The notes under the pieces were generated by a model. That model did no database searches and was not told the origin of the DNA. It saw nothing but the letters and a program-made list of their open reading frames with translations. This document shows, piece by piece, positions 1 through 9,249 of a stretch of 64,000 nucleotides of DNA. Source of the DNA: Phycisphaeraceae bacterium (GTDB lineage Bacteria; Planctomycetota; Phycisphaerae; Phycisphaerales; Phycisphaeraceae). The position numbers were made by a program, and so were the translations under genes. The stretch is taken from NCBI GenBank assembly GCA_963674705.1, contig OY771506.1, positions 2,240,001 through 2,304,000 on the forward strand, written 5' to 3'. Each line of letters begins with the position of its first letter. Position 1 is the stretch's first letter.

Positions 1-192
1 TTCTTCAGCGCGCCGGTTGTGCTGATGCACCTGCGTTACCTGCTGATACACAGCACGTGGTGGCAAAATACTTCTGTCACACAACCACGCTTGGCCGGCC
101 CCGTGCTCGCACCGGCCTGCTACGGCCTGATGCTCTTGCTCTTGCTTATCAATAGCGGAACCCCCGGCGCTTTTATCTACTTCCAGTTCTAA
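1..192 (+). CDS. MBOAT family O-acyltransferase (AlgI/DltB-like), 3' end only
   Basis: Frame 1 is open from the window edge and ends in a hydrophobic helix plus ...GAFIYFQF-stop, the typical AlgI/DltB-family C-terminus. Confidence 0.8.
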   Translation, partial: FFSAPVVLMHLRYLLIHSTWWQNTSVTQPRLAGPVLAPACYGLMLLLLLINSGTPGAFIYFQF

Positions 193-207
193 CAAGGTCT
201 CTTCAGC

Positions 208-1137
208 ATGCTGATCTATCGATCACTCATCGCGTTCATCGTCCTCGCCGTGGCGTATTCCGTGCTGCTGCCTTACACCGAAATTAACGGCTTCCGCCGC
301 GGCTCGCAGTGGGAGCTGAACGTCATGACCGCGGAAACCTTTGCCTATCAAAAGCCGAAGACTTCTGTCGTCGTCACCGGTTCCTCCATCAGCTACTGGC
401 TTAACGATCTGCCGGACGACTGGTACAACCTCGCCATGGCCGGTGAAGGCGCGCTGACCGGGCTATCCATCATCGACCAATCCGATCTCCAGCCGCACAC
501 CGTCCTCGTCGAGATCAACGTGATCGACCGACCTGTCAACGCTGATCTACTCACCGGCCTGTACGGCCCCGGCATCCGGCAAGCCAAGCAGCACCTGCCC
601 ATGCTCCAGGAGGCCAACGAACCCTCGCATGTCACGCTCCGCTGTATGCACCTGGCCGACTACTACGCAACTCGCATCGCCGAACGTCTCGGTTACGACC
701 AGCCCGATCCGTCACAATCATCGGAACCCAGCACAACCCCGATCAGGGAAACCGCCAAACTCGAATCCGGCGGCAACATCCTTCGCGCCATCCGCCTCGA
801 AGCCGTCAAGACCGGCTACGATGAATCCCTTCTCACCACCCGCCTGCACACCCTGCGCAGCCTTATCGAGAAACTCGAAGCCCGAAACATCCGTGTCGTA
901 CTTTTTGAAGCCCCGGAAGATGCCGCCACTTACGATTCACCCCGTCGAAACCAGTTGCGCCAGCTTACCCACCAGGTCCTCCCGGCCGACAGCTTCACCT
1001 ATCTCGACACACCGCTGGACCAGACCTACCAGACCCGCGACGGCGTCCACATGACCGCCGAAAGCGCCGCCCGCTACTGCCACTGGCTCGTCAACAACCT
1101 GCCCACCCCCAACACCCTCGTCTCCGCCTCACCCTGA
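208..1137 (+). CDS. SGNH-fold protein (DltD/AlgJ-like MBOAT partner)
   Basis: N-terminal TM helix, TGSS block I-like motif, YNLAMAG, C-terminal DGVH catalytic motif; directly follows the MBOAT gene. Confidence 0.65.
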   Translation: MLIYRSLIAFIVLAVAYSVLLPYTEINGFRRGSQWELNVMTAETFAYQKPKTSVVVTGSSISYWLNDLPDDWYNLAMAGEGALTGLSIIDQSDLQPHTVLVEINVIDRPVNADLLTGLYGPGIRQAKQHLPMLQEANEPSHVTLRCMHLADYYATRIAERLGYDQPDPSQSSEPSTTPIRETAKLESGGNILRAIRLEAVKTGYDESLLTTRLHTLRSLIEKLEARNIRVVLFEAPEDAATYDSPRRNQLRQLTHQVLPADSFTYLDTPLDQTYQTRDGVHMTAESAARYCHWLVNNLPTPNTLVSASP

Positions 1138-1190
1138 ATACACTCAGCACGGTCGGGCGACCCACGCCCAGCGCAGCGTGCAATGCACGG

Positions 1191-1339
1191 GCGCGCGAGC
1201 TGGCAGCTCGCGGCTACGGGAAGGTGTGAACGGCGACGTACGCGCTCATTGCTGTCTGTCGCTCAATAGCCGCGAGCTGCCCCCTCGCGCGAATCTCACA
1301 ATCACCCACCCCATAGCCGCGAGCTGCCAGCTCGCGCGC
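1191..1339. repeat. Cluster of three TAG/GTAG-type REP-like hairpins (TAGCCGCGAGCTGCCAGCTCGCGCG)
   Basis: Copies at 1191-1217 (minus), 1267-1291 and 1314-1339; related copy at 46598-46622. Confidence 0.8.
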
Positions 1340-1481
1340 ACCCTCGTGCAAATCTTTGCGCAAACTTCCACTCACCTCTGCACGAACTGATCCACACTCT
1401 TCTCACCCACACCCATCTGAACACCGTTCCCCTCACCCCCGATTCTCACTCCCAAACCCGTATCAGACCGATAAACTTCCC

Positions 1482-2660
1482 ATGGTGCGCTCATCGCACA
1501 TCCTGGAGCTGGCTGTCGTTGCGCTACTCGGTATCGCGGTCATCATGGTCAACTCGGCCGGCGCCCGCGTGGGCTCACCCGACCCGGATCATGCGGGTCT
1601 TGTCGCCGGGACGACGCAGATTCTTACAAGCCGGCCCATCATCTACGCCGTATTGGCGATCGGTGTCATGATGCTGGCCAGCCGGATCAACGTTCGCCAG
1701 CTCTTTGCCGTCCGTGGCTGGACCAATCCGCTCGCCTTCATCATCGTCGGGGCACTGACGCTGGCAGCGCTCACGCTCGTGCCCGGTATGGGTAAAAGCG
1801 TCAACGGCGCCAGCCGCTGGCTGTACCTGGGCCCGAAAAGCTGGGGCCTGAGTTTCCAGCCAAGCGAACTGGTCAAGTGGGTCATGGTCATCGCCATCGC
1901 CTGGTGGTGTGCACGCCGGCGCGGCCTGATGCACACCTTCCGCCACGGCCTTGTCCCGCCGCTGATTCTGCTGGGCATCGCCTGCTTCATCGTCGTCATC
2001 GAAGACCTTGGCACGGCCGCCCTGATCGGACTCGTCGCGGTCTGCATGCTCATCGCCGGCGGCGCTCGCATCAAACACCTCGCGTGCATCGTCCCGATAG
2101 GCATGGTCGGCCTGGTCGCGGCCCTCTTCCATAGCCCGTACCGTATCAAGCGATTGATCGCCTTCCTCGATCCCTGGGCCGATCCCGAGGGCGCGGGCTA
2201 CCACCCGATCCAGTCCATGCTCGCCGTCAGCCAGGGCGGGCTCTCCGGCAGGGGACTGGGCCACGGCATCCAGAAGTTCGGCTACCTGCCCGAAGACACC
2301 ACCGACTTCATCTTCGCCATCATCTGTGAAGAGATGGGCATCGTCGGCGCAGCCGTGATCGTCTGTCTCTTCCTGGTGATCCTCTGGGTGGGTCTGGGCA
2401 TCGTCCGGGACTGTAAAGACACGTTTGGCCGGCTCGTCGGGCTGGGTGTTTTATTAACGGTCGGTCTTCAGGCCGCGATTAACATCGCCGTCGTCGTCGC
2501 CGTCGTCCCGACCAAGGGCATCGCACTACCGCTGGTCAGCTCCGGCGGCACGGGCTGGATCATGACTGCTTTTGCCTTGGGTTTGGTCGCCGCACTCGAT
2601 AACGCCAACTACCTCGAAGCCGAGGAAGAACTGGAAGGCCTCGTCCTCGAACCCGCTTAG
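1482..2660 (+). CDS. ftsW: FtsW/RodA/SpoVE SEDS-family peptidoglycan glycosyltransferase
   Basis: NGASRWL, FQPSEL, DLGT, GYLPEDTTDFIFAIICEE, LPLVSSGG motifs; ATG at 1482 preferred over the ORF-track start 1356. Confidence 0.9.
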   Translation: MVRSSHILELAVVALLGIAVIMVNSAGARVGSPDPDHAGLVAGTTQILTSRPIIYAVLAIGVMMLASRINVRQLFAVRGWTNPLAFIIVGALTLAALTLVPGMGKSVNGASRWLYLGPKSWGLSFQPSELVKWVMVIAIAWWCARRRGLMHTFRHGLVPPLILLGIACFIVVIEDLGTAALIGLVAVCMLIAGGARIKHLACIVPIGMVGLVAALFHSPYRIKRLIAFLDPWADPEGAGYHPIQSMLAVSQGGLSGRGLGHGIQKFGYLPEDTTDFIFAIICEEMGIVGAAVIVCLFLVILWVGLGIVRDCKDTFGRLVGLGVLLTVGLQAAINIAVVVAVVPTKGIALPLVSSGGTGWIMTAFALGLVAALDNANYLEAEEELEGLVLEPA

Positions 2661-2720
2661 CGCGCTTACAGAATCCAACGATTTATTATCACCGCCATTT
2701 TCCCCAGCAACCCGACTTAC

Positions 2721-2750
2721 TCAAGCCTCAAGTCTCTAGCCTCAAGCCTC
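2721..2750. repeat. Heptamer tandem repeat (TCAAGCC)n
   Basis: tcaagcc tcaagtc tctagcc tcaagcc in the ftsW-MFS spacer. Confidence 0.75.
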
Positions 2751-2838
2751 ACCCCCAACTACACACAAGACCTCATTCTATTTATACTGACGGAGACATC
2801 TGAATACCCCCACACCACTTGGAAAGGCCTTGCGTACC

Positions 2839-4458
2839 ATGACTTCAGCCCCCTCGTCTGTTTCTGCGCCCTCGTCGGCACTGATTCCCGTTCGTTATCA
2901 GGTGCTCATCGGGGCCATTATCGTCCAACTCATCCTCGGCACGGTGTACGGCTACAGCATCTTCTGGCAACCGCTGCACGCCGAGGTCTTCCCGCAGGTG
3001 ATCACTCAGGCCGAGAAAGCCACGATGATCGCCGACAGTATCGATACGTCCGGCATGACGGTCGTCGCCGATGCCGAGGCTGTGAAGGCGCAGCTTGCGA
3101 CACAGCAGGGTTATCTCAAGTACGCGTTCTCGATCTGCATCCTGTCATTTGCGATCACGATGATCTTTGCCGGACGCGTGCAGGACGTGCGGGGGCCTAG
3201 ACAACCGGCGATCATCGGCGCGGTCCTGATGGGATTGGGATTTCTTGCCGCATCGTTTATGAATTACCCCTTCGTGTTTTTCATGACACACGCGATGCTC
3301 ACTGGCGGCGTCGGCCTGATCCTGCTGTTGATCTTTGATGCATTGCTGGGTGGACATGAGACGGTCCGGGAGAACCCGATGCTCCGATACGTGCCGCAGG
3401 CGATCATCATCGCTGTCGCCGTTGCGGGTGTTACCACCGGCACGCAGTTTGTCGGCAAGCTCGGAGCGGTCGACAAGATCTTTATGCTTTGGGCGACGGT
3501 TGGCTTCCTCGCAGGTGCCGGTATTGGTTTCGCGTACGTCTGCCCGATCGCGGCTCTATACAAGTGGTTCCCCAATGCCAAAGGATTGGTCGGCGGTATC
3601 GCGGTCGCGGGCTTCGGTTTTGGTGCATACCTTTTCACAAACAAGACCATCGGTGCGGTTGGTTACATCATGGACCACGGGATCACTGACTTTTTCCTGG
3701 TTCATGGATTGGTCTGCCTGGTTGCCGTGACCTTCGGCGCCTTACTGCTTCGGAATCCTCAAAGTGTTGCAGCACCCAGTGCCGCTGGTAGCAGCAGCGA
3801 TTCAACGTGGCGTGACACACTCAAGAAACCTTCGTTCTACATGCTCTGGCTCATGTTCTTCTCCGGCGCCATGGCGGGCCTGATGGTCATCGGCATCATC
3901 AAGGGATTTGCCGGCGACCAACTGGTCTCGGGTGCCAAAGCTGCCGCTGATAGTGCGGGCAAAGTGCTCAGTGATGTTGAGATAGACGAGTGGAAACAGA
4001 AGGGTGTTGCGGCGGTCGGTGCACTGGCGATCTTCAATGCGATCGGTCGTATTGTCTGGGGCCTGGTTTCTGACAAGGTTGGCCGCACCTTAGCCATGAT
4101 GACTATGTTCATCTTCCAGGCGATCACGATGTGCGTCTTGACCCTGGCAACGAACGAATGGTCCATCGCCGTTGTTGCCTGCATCGTTGGTTTCAACTTC
4201 GGCGGTAACTTTGCCCTGTTCCCCTCGGCGACCGCTGACCTCTTCGGGGCGAAGAACGTCGGCGCCAACTACGGCTGGGTCTTCACCAGCTACGGTATCG
4301 CAGGCGTCATCGGGATCGCGGCGGGTAATATGGCCAAGCAACAGACCGGCAATTATGAACCGGCGTTCTACGTCGCCGCCGTTCTGTGCGTGATCTCCGC
4401 TGTCCTCGCCATCGCCCTCGGTAAATCAATCGCCAAGGCCAAAGCCGCCGCAGCATAA
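2839..4458 (+). CDS. OFA (oxalate/formate antiporter-like) MFS transporter
   Basis: LGTVYGYSIF, KWFP..KGLVGGIAVAGFGFG, FNAIGRIVWG, TADLFGAKNVGANYG motifs; multiple TM helices. Confidence 0.85.
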   Translation: MTSAPSSVSAPSSALIPVRYQVLIGAIIVQLILGTVYGYSIFWQPLHAEVFPQVITQAEKATMIADSIDTSGMTVVADAEAVKAQLATQQGYLKYAFSICILSFAITMIFAGRVQDVRGPRQPAIIGAVLMGLGFLAASFMNYPFVFFMTHAMLTGGVGLILLLIFDALLGGHETVRENPMLRYVPQAIIIAVAVAGVTTGTQFVGKLGAVDKIFMLWATVGFLAGAGIGFAYVCPIAALYKWFPNAKGLVGGIAVAGFGFGAYLFTNKTIGAVGYIMDHGITDFFLVHGLVCLVAVTFGALLLRNPQSVAAPSAAGSSSDSTWRDTLKKPSFYMLWLMFFSGAMAGLMVIGIIKGFAGDQLVSGAKAAADSAGKVLSDVEIDEWKQKGVAAVGALAIFNAIGRIVWGLVSDKVGRTLAMMTMFIFQAITMCVLTLATNEWSIAVVACIVGFNFGGNFALFPSATADLFGAKNVGANYGWVFTSYGIAGVIGIAAGNMAKQQTGNYEPAFYVAAVLCVISAVLAIALGKSIAKAKAAAA

Positions 4459-4515
4459 ACCCCAACGGCGTGGCCGATTCACCGGCCGTGCCCATACCTA
4501 CATCCTAAACTCACA

Positions 4516-4546
4516 CAACCCCCGGCCCCGAAAAGGTCGGGGGTTG
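4516..4546. terminator. GC hairpin downstream of the MFS gene
   Basis: caacccccggcc...ggtcgggggttg inverted repeat; no clear U-tract. Confidence 0.4.
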
Positions 4547-4558
4547 TACAATACGACC

Positions 4559-4891
4559 ATGTCAGAAAACAACAACCAACTCGAACCCGTCACCCTCCAC
4601 GACTTCCAGCAGTACATCCACGACCGCTACTACGCCACCGACTCGGCACGCGGCACGCCCGGCACGTTCATGTGGCTCATCGAAGAGATTGGCGAACTTG
4701 CCACCAACCTCCAGAAGATCAAAGGCGAAGGCGGCAACACCTCCGGCGGCTCCACCCACGAAGACCTCGAAGGCGAATTCGCCGATGTCCTCGCCTGGCT
4801 CTGCACCCTCGCGAATATCAACGACGTCGATCTCACCACCGCGATCACGAAGAAGTATCTAGCCGGTGGGGGACCGAAGGGGCACAAATAG
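4559..4891 (+). CDS. MazG-like nucleotide pyrophosphohydrolase (single domain)
   Basis: WLIEEIGELA...EFADVLAWLCTLAN motif. Confidence 0.85.
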   Translation: MSENNNQLEPVTLHDFQQYIHDRYYATDSARGTPGTFMWLIEEIGELATNLQKIKGEGGNTSGGSTHEDLEGEFADVLAWLCTLANINDVDLTTAITKKYLAGGGPKGHK

Positions 4892-4980
4892 GGTGTAGGG
4901 TTTGGGGTGTTGGGCGTAGGGTGAGGAATTGATGATTTGTGCTAACGGCTAACGGCTAACGGCTAACGGCTAACGGCTAA
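4889..4980. repeat. Heptamer tandem repeats (TAGGGTG)n then (GCTAACG)5
   Basis: The first array begins with the mazG TAG stop; perfect GCTAACG units at 4941-4980. Confidence 0.85.
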
Positions 4981-5127
4981 TCGCTCTACCTCCCCCAACG
5001 CCGGTTCTGAGCACAGCGAAGGGCCGGGTATCTTCTCTATCTGTACACCACATCACTCACAAGCGCACCAAACAACCCGCGCAAACCATACGCGATCATT
5101 TGCTTCGACCAGCATCGCCCATTTAAC

Positions 5128-7098
5128 TCAAACCGACCGCGTTTCAATCGTGTCGGTTTTCACAGAAGTGCGACCGCGCAACAATTCATTGATCGTCCGC
5201 GCGATCCCCTTTGCATCCAATCCCACCTCAGCAAGCTGTTCCTTGCGGCCGGCCTGCTTGATCCACTTCATCGGCAAACCTGACCGCTTGATACCTTGCG
5301 TCGACAGGCCCGCTTCATTGCACGCTTCCAGCACGCCTGACCCGAATCCGCCGGCCAGCGCGTGATCTTCGATCGTCAATACCGGGATGCCCGCGCCGAT
5401 TACCTTACGCAGCAGTTCCATATCCACCGGCTTGGCGAAGCGTGCATCGTATAGCGCGATATCGTAGCCGCCCGAATCCCCGGAAGACTTGTCGTTTAGC
5501 ATCCGTACCGCTTCCGCCGCCGCGTACACCGGCATGCCGTACGCCAGCACGACCAGGTCCGGCTTCGCTTCCGGCGCGATCACCAGATTTGCCTTGCCCA
5601 ACTCAAACGCCGGGCATTCGCTTTCTGTCTGTAGCGGCTTCTCCGCCACGTTATCTCGCGGATAACGCAGGAACGTCGCGCCCGCATCGTAATCCTTCAT
5701 AAACCGCAGCGCCGCTTTGAGTGTCGGCTCATCGCACGCCGCCATCAATACCGCACCGGGCAGCACGCGGAACATCGAGATATCCATGAACCCGTGATGC
5801 ACCGCGCCGTCTCCGCCGACCAGACCCGCTCGGTCCATGCACACACGCACCGGCAAACCCTGCAGCGATACTTCCTGGAACACCTGGTCCAGTGCCCGCT
5901 GGCTGAACGTCGAATACACCGCAAAGAACGGCTTCAATCCCGTCTTCGCGATCCCCGCACACATGTCCATCGCATGCGATTCGCATATCCCCGTGTCGCG
6001 CGTGCGGTCCGGATACTTTTCAATGAGTTTATCCACGCCCGTTCCCGGGCCCATCGCCGCGGTCACCGCATAAATCTTCTCATCCTCATCCATCAGTTCG
6101 AGCATCGCATCGGCAAACGCGCTGGTGAAGCTGCGCCCGCCTTTGACTAACTCCGCCCGACTTCCATCCACCACGAAAGGTTTGGGCGAGTGGAACGTCG
6201 TCGCATCATTCTCGCTGAACTTGAATCCCTTACCCTTGATCGTCTTGGCGTGCAGCAGCACCGGGCGGTTGATGTCCTTCACCTCGTTGAACATGTCCAC
6301 CAGCGTCGGCAGGTCATGGCCATCGATCGGCCCGATGCACACCAGCCCGAAGTGCTCGAACATGTGGTCCGTCGCGATCGCGTGCTTGAGCATCTCGCCA
6401 CCACGGTGATAAATCTCTTCGAGGATCGATCCGCCCGGGATATGTTCGAGGACACGATGAGCACGCTTTTTGAAGTCCCCGTACGTCGGGCTGACGCGGA
6501 TGCGGTCGAAGTACGCCGCCATCGCGCCCTGCGGATCGCTGATCGACATCCCGTTATCGTTCAGCACCACCAGGAACTGCCGATCCAGTGTCCCGGCATT
6601 GTTCAGCCCTTCAAAGGCTAATCCGTTCACGATCGACGCATCCCCGACCAGCGCGACCGATTTACGATCCGCTTCGCCGTTCAGTGCATCGCCACGCGCC
6701 ATCCCGACCGCCGTCGAGATCGCCGTGCCTGCGTGCCCGACCGAGAACAGGTCGTAGTCAGATTCTTCCGGATCGGGGAACCCCGCCATCCCCTCGCGCG
6801 TCCGCAGCTTCGGCAGCAGCCCCAACCGCCCGGTCAGCAGCTTATGCGGATAACACTGATGCCCCACATCAAACAGCAGCCGGTCCCGCCCGAAGTCGAA
6901 CACGTAATGCAGCGCAATCGTCAGCTCCACCACGCCCAGGTTCGGCGCCAGATGCCCGCCCGTCTTCGCTACCTGATCGCAGATCGCCTGGCGTATCTCC
7001 TGCGCCAGTTGCGGTAACTGGTCCACCGACAACCGCTTAAGCTCGGTCGGGCTCTGAATCGTCTTGAGCAGGGGGCTGTCCATGGGGGTGATGTTCAA
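5128..7098 (-). CDS. dxs: 1-deoxy-D-xylulose-5-phosphate synthase
   Basis: GGHLAPNLGVVEL, FDVGHQCYPHK, GHAGTAIS, DRAGLVGGDGAVHHG; the start may be the ATG at 7083. Confidence 0.96.
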   Translation of the reverse strand: MNITPMDSPLLKTIQSPTELKRLSVDQLPQLAQEIRQAICDQVAKTGGHLAPNLGVVELTIALHYVFDFGRDRLLFDVGHQCYPHKLLTGRLGLLPKLRTREGMAGFPDPEESDYDLFSVGHAGTAISTAVGMARGDALNGEADRKSVALVGDASIVNGLAFEGLNNAGTLDRQFLVVLNDNGMSISDPQGAMAAYFDRIRVSPTYGDFKKRAHRVLEHIPGGSILEEIYHRGGEMLKHAIATDHMFEHFGLVCIGPIDGHDLPTLVDMFNEVKDINRPVLLHAKTIKGKGFKFSENDATTFHSPKPFVVDGSRAELVKGGRSFTSAFADAMLELMDEDEKIYAVTAAMGPGTGVDKLIEKYPDRTRDTGICESHAMDMCAGIAKTGLKPFFAVYSTFSQRALDQVFQEVSLQGLPVRVCMDRAGLVGGDGAVHHGFMDISMFRVLPGAVLMAACDEPTLKAALRFMKDYDAGATFLRYPRDNVAEKPLQTESECPAFELGKANLVIAPEAKPDLVVLAYGMPVYAAAEAVRMLNDKSSGDSGGYDIALYDARFAKPVDMELLRKVIGAGIPVLTIEDHALAGGFGSGVLEACNEAGLSTQGIKRSGLPMKWIKQAGRKEQLAEVGLDAKGIARTINELLRGRTSVKTDTIETRSV

Positions 7099-7189
7099 TG
7101 TTCAATCTGTGCTAACGGCTAATGGCTAACGGCTAATGGCTAAAGGCTTACCACATATTTCGCCATCAGCTATCAGCTTATAGCTTATC
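7092..7189. repeat. Heptamer repeats (TGTTCAA, GCTAAYG, GCTATCA types) between ispA and dxs
   Basis: gctaacg gctaatg gctaacg gctaatg gctaaag at 7111-7145. Confidence 0.75.
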
Positions 7190-7244
7190 CCATTCATCGG
7201 CATATATCTTGATTACGGGCCAGACTCGGCCGAAGATCGCCCAA

Positions 7245-8156
7245 TTACCGCTTCCGCACCGCCATGTAATCACATAATTCACGAAGCGGATCCGCTTTAT
7301 CGTCGAATTCCTCTAACGCATCCGCCGCCGTCGCGTGCAATCGCTCGATCTGCGCTTGCGTACCCTCAATGCCCAGCACACTCGGGTACGTCAGCTTGCC
7401 CTGCTCCGCGTCCTTCTGCGTGTTCTTGCCCAGTTCATCAGCCGTGGAAGTCACATCCAATAGATCGTCCACTGCCTGGAACATCAGCCCGATTGCCTCG
7501 GCATACCGCGTCAGCGCCGCCAGCTTCGCCGCCGTCCCGCCCCCGCATATCCCGCCCATCCGGCAGGCCGCCCGCAAAAGCGCCCCCGTCTTGTTCTTGT
7601 GGATCATTTCAAGCCGAGCAAGCAACGCCTCTTCCTCGCCATCGTCCTCAACCGGAGGCATCGCCAGCGTGTCCTGCACCTGCCCGACGATCATGTCGTT
7701 GGTCCCGATCGACAGTTCACGCATCACCTCAAGCGCCCGCTCCGCCGACTTCATCCGCGTCGTAATCAGCTCAAACGCCAGCGAAAGCATCGCGTCGCCC
7801 GCCAGCACCGCCATCGCCTCCCCCGCGTGCTTGTGCAGCGTCGGCCGACCTCGCCTTAGTTCATCATCATCCATCGCCGGCAGATCGTCATGCACCAGAC
7901 TGAACGCATGCACCATCTCCACCGCCGCCGCCGCCGGCAAAGCCTGCTCCGGCCTCCCGCCCACCGCCTCGCAGCAGCGGATCACCAGAATAGGCCGAAT
8001 CATCTTCCCCCCGCCCAGCAGCCCATACGCCACCGCCGCCTTCAGATTCTCCGGCAACGGCCGATGGCGCAGAAACGCCGTCAGATACGCCTCCACGTTA
8101 CGTGCAGGCAAGGTGATCTGCTCAATATCCAATCGATTTACATCCACTAAAGTCAT
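7245..8156 (-). CDS. ispA: Polyprenyl (farnesyl/geranyl) diphosphate synthase
   Basis: GGKMIRP, SLVHDDLPAMDDDELRRG, KTGALL, FQAVDDLLD; lies upstream of dxs in the common ispA-dxs arrangement. Confidence 0.9.
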   Translation of the reverse strand: MTLVDVNRLDIEQITLPARNVEAYLTAFLRHRPLPENLKAAVAYGLLGGGKMIRPILVIRCCEAVGGRPEQALPAAAAVEMVHAFSLVHDDLPAMDDDELRRGRPTLHKHAGEAMAVLAGDAMLSLAFELITTRMKSAERALEVMRELSIGTNDMIVGQVQDTLAMPPVEDDGEEEALLARLEMIHKNKTGALLRAACRMGGICGGGTAAKLAALTRYAEAIGLMFQAVDDLLDVTSTADELGKNTQKDAEQGKLTYPSVLGIEGTQAQIERLHATAADALEEFDDKADPLRELCDYMAVRKR

Positions 8157-8349
8157 TGTACTTTCCGCAAAGGCGAGCCGGGTATTGTACCGGATGCAGT
8201 GGGCCGGTTCTACGCCAAAGCCCGTTTCAGCCGGTTACTGGGTGATTAGTAGTGTGTTGTAAGCAGTTTAGGCAAGATAGGGGGGTGAACAGACTCAAGA
8301 AAACGCACAGATCACGCCCACTCACCACTGCCCACCCACTCTTTAATGG

Positions 8350-8426
8350 CTGCGGAGCGTCGCTCCGCAGGCAGTCCACCCCACGCGCCCAGCAACACCC
8401 CACATAGCCCGACCATCCTGGTCGGG
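8350..8426. repeat. REP-like hairpins
   Basis: ctgcggagcgtcgctccgcag and tagcccgaccatcctggtcggg. Confidence 0.55.
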
Positions 8427-8461
8427 TCAAAGCCTTGAGATCCAATAAAGCAGACTCGTGC

Positions 8462-9142
8462 TTACTGTGACTGTCTTTTGATCCGTCCCCTTCGCCAAAC
8501 CTGTATCTTGCGGATAACGAGTGTTAACAGCAGCCCCCATATATACCATTGGATGCTACCGAAAATATACAACGTCAATACCGCCCCGATATTGGTTGAA
8601 GCGGCGGTCGATAAGAATACGGCGAGAAATCCTATTGGGAAGTCAATACACGCCCATGCAAGCCATATCATCGCATCAGCATCTGCACCTGGTCCAGTAA
8701 TTTTGATTCCATGCCTTTCACAAACGATATAGAACACAGTAAATCCTATCGTTCGCAGCAATATCAAAACAACCGGTAACTTCCAGTATGCCAACAGCGG
8801 CCGATTATCATCTTCATGAGTAGCACTACCTGCTGAATTTAGATCTCTACGTGTGTCAGTATACTCAAGATCAGTACCACCACGCATTGCACATTTAACT
8901 TGAACGCGTCGCTTTTGCATCCACGTAAATAGGGCAATTGAAACAAGAATCCCGAAGAATGCTGGCAGCGTCAACAATACACACAACGCCACCAGCACAT
9001 ATGGCCACATGGAACTAGACATCATCGCATCAGCAATTGTGTTAGCAGTTATCCAGATAACTATCTGGCTAATGATGGAGATAAACATCCCACCTGATAC
9101 CGCATAGATCAAGGCCTTGATTGTTCGTCTATTTATACGCAT
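8462..9142 (-). CDS. Hypothetical membrane protein, AT-rich relative to the flanks
   Basis: 226-aa ORF with about 5 hydrophobic segments and visibly lower GC. Confidence 0.55.
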   Translation of the reverse strand: MRINRRTIKALIYAVSGGMFISIISQIVIWITANTIADAMMSSSMWPYVLVALCVLLTLPAFFGILVSIALFTWMQKRRVQVKCAMRGGTDLEYTDTRRDLNSAGSATHEDDNRPLLAYWKLPVVLILLRTIGFTVFYIVCERHGIKITGPGADADAMIWLAWACIDFPIGFLAVFLSTAASTNIGAVLTLYIFGSIQWYIWGLLLTLVIRKIQVWRRGRIKRQSQ

Positions 9143-9249
9143 GAAGTGATCCCCGTGAATAACTGATGCGATTAACTATCAACAGATAGATTATACACAG
9201 CAAAACAGGCCCGGACCTACAATAAAATCTCTGCCCCACACCCCAAATC

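Noticed and set aside
9147..9190. attC-like half site upstream of the AT-rich orphan
   Set aside because: Only a weak one-sided resemblance; no complementary arm and no integrase in the window
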